Assembly: GCA_951406725.2 (NCBI GenBank)
Contig: OX597826.1
Span: 37,200,001-37,264,000, forward strand
Direction: 5' to 3'
Length of the DNA: 64,000 nt
From: Octopus vulgaris
Taxonomy: Eukaryota
Part shown: positions 54,743-64,000 of the stretch, in pieces
Layout of the letters: the number at the start of each line of letters is the position of its first letter
Numbering within the stretch: position 1 is the stretch's first letter
Made by a program: the position numbers and the translations under genes
The notes under the pieces: generated by a model
What the model was told of the DNA's origin: nothing
Database searches by the model: none
The model's input: only the letters and a program-made list of their open reading frames with translations

Positions 54743-55433
54743 GTTTAAAATCTATGTTTTAAAAACTTAGAACACGATGTGATGCAACTGAATTAAGCCC
54801 GAAACTTTACTGATTCTGTTGATCTTCTGTTACTGTGGGGTCACCGTTAAGAAAATATGTTATATAGAGAATGATCCATTGGATTTTTACATTGAGACTT
54901 ACACGAAATTTCATCTACAGAAATATTCATTCAAAGGCAGTTGTATTACAATAATCTCCGTTTTGTCACTTCACAAGCTCTCGTTTCAACTTGTTTGACT
55001 TTATCCTTATTCAGAGAGAAAGAGAGAGGTTGTGCACCTTTTAGCCGAAGCAGTTTCATTTCAAGCATTTGGGTATTGGAAGTCAATGTGTTGACAGTCG
55101 AAATAAGAGATAGAATAGTTATACATCTATGCACATTATTGCCCGCAGCTGTAAGTTAAAAGGGATAAACACACAAGTGTATTTACCATTACAAAAGTTA
55201 CACAGTTTAGCCACGAGAAGCGCTGCCAATATCTATGGACTTGAAACGCTTTAACATTTCTTTCGAAAGAGGCAGGTCAAACCATTCAAACACATTAGGA
55301 TTATTTTATTGATTACCAATGAATATATTGATTAAGAATATTCCACAATAGCTGCACTCTACTATGTGATGACTTAAAAGTATTAGTAACGTGTACATGC
55401 ACACAGACACACACGCACCTATTATTATTATTC

Positions 55434-55475
<42 letters not shown>

Positions 55476-55986
55476 GTTGCGAGAGGGACGTTTTATCATA
55501 CAAGAACAGATAAAAATGAATCGTTTAAGGATACTGGAGTTGGTCTGTATGAAGTTGGTATATCGATGTAAAGAAAGTCTGTCGGTGTTTCTGACAATGT
55601 TATTCTTGAAAGACTACAATAATTTGACAAGCTACACCAAATATCACCCTTTCTCTGCGAAAACTAAAATCGAGACGATGCCAACTTTCACTCATAAAGG
55701 CATAAGAATGCAAGTATTGTTAACTTTTAAAAGACTCTTACATATATGTCTGTTAATCTTTAAAAACTTTCTCTTGTCTTTGATGTAGCGGTACAATTAA
55801 TGATGGCTAGAACTTAGGCCTACCATGTTGTTTTTAATCTTTATCACTCTATGGTGAATATATATTCTGTATGCTTCCACAAACAGACACACATTCATTT
55901 ACATGTTTATCTAAATATATTTCTCTCTCGTTCTCTCTCTCTCTCTCTGTCTCCCTCTGTCTCCCTATATATATATATATGTATAT

Positions 55987-56064
<78 letters not shown>

Positions 56065-56069
<5 letters not shown>

Positions 56070-56316
56070 CGGCTCGCGATCGTGGGGGCGTGAGTTCAAT
56101 TCTTTATTTCACGTCGCACCAGTCTGCTCAGCTAGGAAAAATGAGTAGTACTTGTATTTCAAGGAGCAGGCCTAGTCACACTGACTATCTCTGAGTAGTA
56201 TTTGAAAGGGTACACGCGTCTGTGCAGTGCTCAGCCGCGTGGACGTTAATCTCACGAGGGAAGTGTTCCGTTGATCGGATCAATTGGAACCCTCGACGTC
56301 GTAAGCGATGGCGTGC
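56065..56316 (+). mobile_element. SINE family B, diverged copy
   Basis: attcggctcgcgatcgt...ctcagctaggaaaaatgagtagtacttgtatttcaa...gggtacacgcgtctgtg...tgttccgttgatcggatca...accctcgacgtcgtaa matches the 2778 copy. Confidence 0.88.
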
Positions 56317-56336
56317 TATATATATATATATAAATA

Positions 56337-56423
<87 letters not shown>

Positions 56424-56978
56424 ATATATGTATATTCAAGAGCGAATATTCATAAAGATATTATTGTTATTATCTTCAGTGGTAAGTATAAATAATTGGT
56501 AACAATAATATTGGTAGCAGTAAGCATTAAATAGCTTTAGACAGCTATACAATTAACATTTATATTCATAATAAGGGCACACGAAGCGCCTACCTGCTAG
56601 AAACAATTCAGAACGAATTGGCGCAAAACAATTAAGAACGCCAACAGACTCCAACGTGACGAGTTGAATTTTTCACTCGGTAAGACGTGCTGAGGAGAGC
56701 ATTTTGCTAAACATCGAAATCATTATACAGGTATATCTTGATGCCAAACGATATAGCATGAATTTTTCAGTGTCTTTGGTGGTTAAAATGAGGGTTTTAA
56801 CTCTACTTTCTAGCAGGTATTCACACAAACATATACACATAGACACACTCAAACATGCACACACACAAATACACACACGTACAAACACAAACATGAACAC
56901 AAACACATGAATACGCAGAATACATACATACAAATGTACATACATGCATATATATATATATATATGTGTGTGTATATA

Positions 56979-57560
56979 TATAATCAAAAAAGGGTAATAA
57001 CATAGATTACTACCAGTGGCCCAGCACAAAAGACGAATTAGTCATTAGACAAAATATTATTCATATAGAAAAATATTATTCATATAGAAATATAATTAAG
57101 GGGTCCCAAATAAGGATTACAAGTGCTAGGGACACAAAAAGGGATAAATTCATCGAGAGTGAAAATCAAAAACATTTACCTTTAACGATATATCCCGGAC
57201 TGATCAGTTTCTAACTCTTTCTAGCAAAACAGACAGAATATGTTTGCTAAGGCCGATTTCATCAGCGAGACGCCTTTGTTAAATCGAGATGCACAGAGAG
57301 TTAGACCATGTGTTGATCTAAACAATTTGTAAATCTTAACTTTTCAAACCTCTGCGCAGACGCAAAATCTACCCGGTGATATAGGGCATGCCGGGAAAAA
57401 AAATTACGAACAAATCTATCAAGTAATATGTGAATATAATTAAAAAGGGTAATAACATAGATTACTACCAGTGACCCAGCACAAAAGACGAATTAGTCAT
57501 TAGACAAAATATTATTCATATAGAAAAATATTGGCATCGTTATTTGGAAGCCCTTAATTA
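56979..57560 (-). mobile_element. Penelope-like non-autonomous unit with ~100-bp direct repeats, 21-bp inverted repeats and a hammerhead ribozyme, inserted in (TA)n
   Basis: 56979-57077 is approximately repeated at 57435-57532. taattaaggggtcccaaataa (57093-57113) is inverted at 57540-57560. HHR core on the minus strand. Confidence 0.7.
57190..57272 (-). ncRNA. Type I hammerhead ribozyme candidate
   Basis: Minus strand tctcg-CTGATGA-aatcggccttagcaaac...tttgctagaaagagtta-GAAAC-tgatca-GTC-cggga. Stem I tctcg/cggga, stem II inner helix tagcaaa/tttgcta, palindromic stem III actgatcagt, GUC triplet. Confidence 0.7.
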
Positions 57561-58000
57561 TATGTATATATATATATATATATACACACATATATATATA
57601 TGCATACACATACATGCATACACAGATACATACATGCATACATAGATACATACATATGTGTATACCCATGCACACTAACGCACACACATGCGTACAAACT
57701 AACAAACAAAAAGAACGCAGCTCTGATAACGGACAGAGTCAACGACTATTTAAAAGTTTGCACAACGCAGCGATAGTTTTATAAAAAATAAATAAGTAAA
57801 TGAATGGAAATCGAACCGGTGAGTGTGTTAAATAAGATGGCACTAAAAGAGAATGACTCTCTACAGACACAATAATATATATACATATATATATATGTGT
57901 GTGTGTGTGTGCGCGCGCGTCTGTGTTTATAAACATATACATATACATAATCATATATATATATAACATATATAACATATATATATACTCACACATGCAC

Positions 58001-58037
<37 letters not shown>

Positions 58038-58536
58038 TATATATATAAGTATATATATAATATATAATATATAATATATAATATATATATATATTCATAT
58101 GCATATGCATCTCTTTTCTCTTTTTCTTTTCTTTCTCATTCTCTAATTTTCTTTTCCTTCTTCCTGTCTTTCTTTCTCCGTTTCTCCAAAAATCAAACCT
58201 CACAAAGTGAAAGGTCATTTGGCATCAACCACGTGGTACACAAAGACCATCTTAAGGTGCATGATTTCTTGTACTTCCGTCTCTTTGTCTTCCTCTCTAT
58301 CCCCCACTCCTCCCTTCATTCCACTTTTCTCTTTCTCCGCCTCTAAACAAAACAAAACCTCATCCTCTTTTGGATTTATATATCAGGCGGACGATTTTCT
58401 GTGCATTATATCTGAAGTGTTCGATTGAACTGATGAAAGCGCTAATAAAAAATTATCCAAAATTCTGACTTGCTCCTTCTTCTTAATATACAATATTGAT
58501 ACACAACTTCAAACATTCTATACACAGTTAGGTACA

Positions 58537-58595
<59 letters not shown>

Positions 58596-58598
<3 letters not shown>

Positions 58599-58706
58599 GT
58601 TCTTGACTGAAGACTGAGGGTTTCGAATGTCCTGTCCGTGTTTATTGTATCGTCTTCTAAGAGTTATACGTTCTTGTCCATGTTGTATTTTTCTACATAC
58701 CTTAAT
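58596..58706 (+). mobile_element. Short Penelope-like tail with degenerate hammerhead core between (TA)n arrays
   Basis: gaCTGAAGActgagggtttCGAAtgtcc followed by a T-rich tail and TA repeats. Confidence 0.45.
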
Positions 58707-59599
58707 ATATATATATATATGCTTTAACAGGAACAGATTATTTGTTTTCACTTAAGAAAAATGCATTACTCTGATGTAAATATTACATAAACACATGCAT
58801 AATATTCTTACTATATAAATAGTATAGCGTTCACTGTTTAAAATATGAATACATAGTCTAAGAGACCCGAGAACTCTAGGCACGCCATCTATTTAATTTC
58901 TGTAGCAATTTTTCTTCTCTTTCCATTGTAACTAAGATAATTGGGTCAAGTAACCCACAAGGACAACAATGTTCATAGATGAATTATTAACACTATTCAA
59001 GTCAATCCACTATAACGAAGAATGATTCTGAATGAATAACACTAAAGCAGAATATAATAAGTGTATATGAATGAAATGAGGACTAATGGTAACACGGTAT
59101 AACATTCGGTTGGAGAGCAACAGGTAATCTACAAATAAAACTATTAAGACATAGATATTATATTCCAAATTTTCCAGACAACATTGTAAAGTTGAATTCA
59201 TACTAGAGGCAGAGCTAAGCGTCAATTATTTTCAGACGTCATTTGTAAATAGGCAAACAGTGGAGACCAAGTATGCCTGTATAAATATACGTATATTTGA
59301 GAATGTAGTTTTAGATGCACATCTGATTTAAATGTATATATTTACAGAAGAATCTTGAGAATCATCGGAAAACATAAGTGTATTCCAAATATATTATGTC
59401 CTATTTATTTTCTATAACAGGGAAGAAGAGATGTAAATATCTAGTTGCATATTTTACTGATTTGTTCGGTTGTGTTGCGGCGTTTAGCGAAATTAATAGG
59501 CGCAGCACATCATTGGTGTCTGTATGTGAGCGTGGATTCCACAAAATCAGCCGAAATATTCTGGGCTTAATTTTTATAGGAATTAAATATTATTATAGA

Positions 59600-59870
59600 G
59601 ATGATGATGATAGTGATGATGATGATTATGATGATGATGATGATAATGATAATGATGATGATGATGATGATGATGATGATGGTGATGATCATGATCATGA
59701 TCATGATGATGGTGATGATCATGATGATGATGGTGATGATCATGATCATGATGATCATCACCATCATCATGATCATGCTCATGATGATATTTACAGAAAT
59801 AATGATGATGATTTGGATGATGAAGATGATGCTCATTAAGGCGATGATGATGACAATGATGAAGGCGATG
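59600..59870. repeat. Degenerate (GAT)/(GATCAT)n block
   Basis: Direct reading. Confidence 0.9.
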
Positions 59871-61845
59871 ACAATAGCGTCCTATGATTGTTGTTGCTGT
59901 TGTTACAGTGGACGTTAAAATTATTCTGGATGATGAAAAGTCAAATGAAGGAGATAAGATACAAGCATGTTGAGAAAGAGACAAGAAGAGATCCCCCATG
60001 ATAGATGCAACATTTATAGCACCAACAACTGCCGTAAAATTAATGGCAACAACAGCTTTAAGAAGTAAAGGAAATTGCAACAACAATAACTGCGACGCCA
60101 AAAGAATTAACATTTAAATAAGACCGCAAATAGTACAAACAGTTACAACTACAATATTGTGAACTGCAGACGTAATAACAAGAACAATAATAAAATAAGA
60201 GCTATCGTTGCCAAATTCTTTCTCAGCAATTATTGTTTGGGAATATCCTATTAACATTGGCGTATATTACTGAAGGAATCTCTAGCGATGAAAATATTAA
60301 ATGTTTCTCAATGGTCGATTAAATTATATTTTAAAATTCTAGAAAGTTAGAAACTTTCATATATTCTTTCTTTTTATATGTACATTCTATGCATTCGAGG
60401 AAAAAATATATTATTCATAATGAGTAAAAAATTTGCCATTTCACTTGTCTTAATATTTCTGTTTAAATATCTTGTGCAAGTTCTATTTTATTCTATATTT
60501 TCCAAGTGATTATAAATATGTGATCACTGTATTCATCGATACGATTGAACTGAAATACATTAAGACAATTCTGGCACGTATTGGATAGAGTTATAGATTT
60601 TTCTACTAATTTTAATCTTGAAAACGGGACAGGGTTAAAATGGGGTTAAAATGGATCATTTAATGCCGTGAACCTATGAACCAAACATTATGATTTGAAT
60701 ACATTTCTTTAAATCTACGTGAGAATTTTAATTTATTTGTAAGGAAAAATAACACTGACAAACATACAGAGAAACACACGCATAATCAAACACATGAAAC
60801 TATGCACATACATACACCGACATAATATCATATGCAAATGAACAGATACAAACATACAAAAACATACACAAGCTATCAATCAACAACAGACCCATGTAGG
60901 TGTATAGACATGAATTCATAAATGAACATATATGAACATAAGCATGCAAATCCCACAAGATACATATAGAGACACATATAAAATCATTCACAGCTCTGAA
61001 GGTGGTCAGTTCCAAATCATAAACACGTTGGTTCGATTCCTGTCCTGTGCTGTGAAACGCACCCAGCCTTTGAACAAGCTACTTCATTTAATGTTCCTTG
61101 ATTCTATTCAACAATATTAAGTGGTAGCAGAGTCTTCGTGAAGGCCTCTATAACCTTCTTTTGGCACTCACTACCATGGTTCGATCAGTTTAAATTAGAC
61201 ACTCGTCTAAAATACTAAGTGATCACTAAACTAAACTAAACTAAACTCGCTCGCAAGTGGTCGTTGACCATTTTATTATAACGCACTGTAAAACCCTGGC
61301 TGGAGGATTCTAGAACTGAAATGACAATGCCGATACTGGGCTTTCATATCGGATGAAATCCCAACACAGGAAGACAAACTGCAAGCACTCATTGCACTGA
61401 GAACTTTGGGGCAGAAAACTGAATTCCATAAACGTCAGTTCATTCTATCATAAGGAAAATGCACCAAATGCTTTAGAAACGATAATCCGGTACAGGAATT
61501 ATCATATAGGAGCTTTTTCTGTGCTACGAGTGGTGCGGGGATAAATTCTGCTCTGTGACACATTCATTTATATTTTATTTATCTCAGACATTAGACTGCA
61601 GCCATGCTGGAATACCACTTTTATGGGGTTTTAGTTGAGCAATTCGACACCCGCCTCCATCGTGCTTGGTTTTAAGTTTGTTACTTCTGTTGAACCAACA
61701 ATAGTTGCGAAATGGAAGTAGTGGGTCAAACAGAGACGAAAACGTCACACACACACACACAAACACACACACACGGATAAATAGGTACTCATGTAGGTAG
61801 GTAGGTAGATAGGTAGGTAGGTAGGTAGATAAATAGATAGATAGT

Positions 61846-61930
<85 letters not shown>

Positions 61931-62047
61931 GGTTTTTATCGCCTGAAAATTCCCTCACAAGGTATTGGTTGACCTGGGGCAAGTGGGAGCTACTTGCCGA
62001 AGGTGGTACACAATGGATTGAGACCGAAATTACGTAGCCGTAAAGCT

Positions 62048-62245
62048 TAAATCCTCAAATCCTTAAAAATGTTTTAACCCGAAGGCCGCGGCCATGCTGG
62101 GGCACCACCGCTGACCTCTTTCTTTATGCTTACAGCACGTAGGTTTCCTAAGCGGTCACCCATCTAAGTACTAACTAGGCTCGATGTTGCTTAACTTCGG
62201 TGATCGGACGAGAACCGATGCTTTCAACGTGATATGGCCGTAAGC
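62048..62245 (-). mobile_element. 5S rRNA-headed retroposed element (candidate SINE3 or 5S-SINE chimera)
   Basis: Full 5S head followed by ataaagaaagaggtcagc-ggtggtgccccagcatggccgcggccttcgggttaaaaca and a short aggattt repeat tail. The tail is homologous to SINE C (13729-13768). Confidence 0.8.
62128..62245 (-). rRNA. 5S rRNA-derived sequence (118 nt; probably not a functional gene copy)
   Basis: Minus strand gcttacggccatatcacgttgaaagcatcggttctcgtccgatcaccgaagttaagcaac...gttagtacttagatgggtgaccgcttaggaaacctacgtgctgtaagc. Terminal helix gcttacggc/gctgtaagc and A/C boxes recognisable; no T-run terminator immediately downstream; single copy. Confidence 0.92.
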
Positions 62246-62989
62246 TTCTTGATAATACTGTCAAGTCTTCGCCTTGCATTAAAAATCCCTCCATATACTA
62301 TTTTTTAACGAAACAATTCTCTTCTTATACGTATTTAGTGCTTAGTTTATTCATATTAGTTAATCCTATTCTTACCAAAAGCCACTTCGATATTTAAAAA
62401 CAAAGTTATCAAATATTAACAAATCAAGCTGAACAGGTCATTTTTGTCATTCAAATATAGAATGTTGAGAAAAGTACGAGTAATAAATGAAATTAGGTAT
62501 TTGTTGGGGGGGTTTTCTGTGATAAACAATATAAATAGAATAGGCAGAATATATTTACATTCTAAATATTTTTCTCACAGCTTGACTTTCTAATATCTAA
62601 ATATCTATCTGATTTAAATAATCGCTGCAGACTTTATATTTTCAGGCAAAAATTGATAATAATGATCGAAGAATATAAAATGAAACCAACCAATAAACGG
62701 TATTGAATTATGGAATGTAAAATAAATAGAAATTTGACAAAATAGACAAAGGTGATTCGTAAACAAATATGTATTTATTGAACGTTATTGACCAAGTTAA
62801 ACAATATTGCAAGTGTTTATTTTGAAATATAGACTTAAAAAGACTCATGAAGTACAAAGTATAATTTGTGTATGTGTGCGCACGTGTGTGTGTATGTATG
62901 TGTGTGTATGTGTGTGTGTATGTGTTTAAAATAGAGAAAATAACGCTTCATTAGATGTAGTAGAGTTTATATATTCTTTGGACCAGTTT

Positions 62990-63075
62990 ACTTCCCAACA
63001 CATTCGTTCCTGATTCAGTTTCAATGTTTGGTACCTTGGGCAAGTGTCTTGTGCTATAGTGCCGAGCCGACAAAC
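62990..63075 (+). mobile_element. SINE family C fragment truncated by the following insertion
   Basis: accttgggcaagtgtcttgtgctatagtgccgagccgac core. Confidence 0.65.
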
Positions 63076-63089
63076 TTGCCGACAATAAA

Positions 63090-63630
63090 AAGTGTCCTGA
63101 TGCAGTACCAGACATGGCTTCTGAAGTGTTATCATGTACATTGTTTTGTCTTGGTATAAAAGATAGGCTACAGCAAATATTCTGCTCAATACCATAGATT
63201 TACTTGTCAGTTGTTTAACTTTAACCAGCTGAACATGTCCTTCAGTGGCTGACGATATGTACATCTCTGATCATGAGCAGAGATAGTGGGGGAGCATCAT
63301 AGCCGTGTGCTGAACGGAATCCTTGGAGGTTTGCATAAATCACCTTAGGAAACATGGGTGGTTCTTTCAACACCCTTAAACAACCTTTATTCAGGGAACT
63401 TTTGAGCGGGATGGGCTACTCAAGCAGAAGAAAATTCTAGCTGGGCCCCACCTGCGCTGTTAATATTGATATGAGATTATGTTGTGCACATATGGTTGTG
63501 ATGCATGTGCCTAGTGTACCCTTGTCAGACGGGTAGTCATCATGGGTATACTGGGCTTCGTATATTTTACCCCAGTGTCACTTTGATGGCATGCACCGTT
63601 CTCTCACTCAATAACAATAACAATAATAAT
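63090..63630 (+). mobile_element. Non-coding ~520-bp TAA-tailed retroelement (putative Dong-dependent non-autonomous family)
   Basis: Homologous to the 37307-37616 copy at both ends. Ends ctctcactcaataacaataacaataataat. Confidence 0.8.
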
Positions 63631-63666
63631 GATTATTACAAAGTAGCATAGCACTGACTTTAATTC

Positions 63667-63669
<3 letters not shown>

Positions 63670-63735
<66 letters not shown>
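63670..63735. repeat. (TA)n microsatellite
   Basis: Direct reading. Confidence 0.95.
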
Positions 63736-63736
<1 letters not shown>

Positions 63737-64000
63737 CTTCGAATAGTCCTACACATGATTCTACTGCATCATTTAGTAACGGTTGAATAACCTATTTTGA
63801 ATACCTAACACTAAGCAAACCGATAAACGTTTAGAGAAATCCCTTACTAATTGCCAATATATATAGATAGATAGACAGACAGACAGACACATAGATAGAA
63901 AAACATGACCACATTCCAAAGAATGAAGAGAGTAAACGAAAGAAAGAAACAAAAGTTGTTCTCTTTTATATTCTTCCAAGGAGGTTCATCCAATCAGTTG

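Larger units (their letters stand above)
61565..62275 (-). mobile_element. Old SINE family C copy, expanded by (CA)/(GATA)n and interrupted by the 5S-derived insert
   Basis: Tail gactgcagccatgctggaataccac (~61594-61618), core ctcacaaggtattggttgacctgggg...acttgccgaaggt (~61955-62005), head aagcttcttgataatactgtcaagtcttcgcctt (62242-62275) resembling the revcomp of 13427-13460. Confidence 0.7.

Noticed and set aside
59378-60113. Asp/His-rich ORFs (153 aa +, 176 aa -) resembling metal-binding or biomineral proteins
   Set aside because: They arise from a degenerate GAT/CAT microsatellite that is open in several frames on both strands. The non-repeat flanks show no protein-like features.

Overview
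AT-rich, microsatellite-dense eukaryotic non-coding DNA (intergenic or a large intron). The SINE families, 5S sequence and simple-repeat load point to an octopus/coleoid cephalopod genome; this is inferred from recall, not from a search. I could not support any intact host protein-coding gene, and nearly all listed ORFs are simple-repeat artefacts. Transposons: a decayed hAT (hATm-like) element with long inverted repeats (1-~2560), a near full-length frameshifted DD34D mariner (49553-50850) and older Tc1/mariner fragments. Retroelements: three tRNA-derived SINE families, R4/Dong-clade LINE fragments sitting in (TAA)n repeats, a Penelope GIY-YIG fragment, and several short Penelope-like units in (TA)n that carry hammerhead-ribozyme motifs. 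Most notable: (1) a full-length 5S rRNA copy fused to a SINE-type 3' stem-loop tail and nested in an older SINE (candidate 5S-derived SINE); (2) a Dong/R4 LINE with twin-priming-like inversion geometry; (3) a complete-looking hammerhead ribozyme at 57190-57272; (4) a non-coding TAA-tailed element present twice with a shared 5' end.
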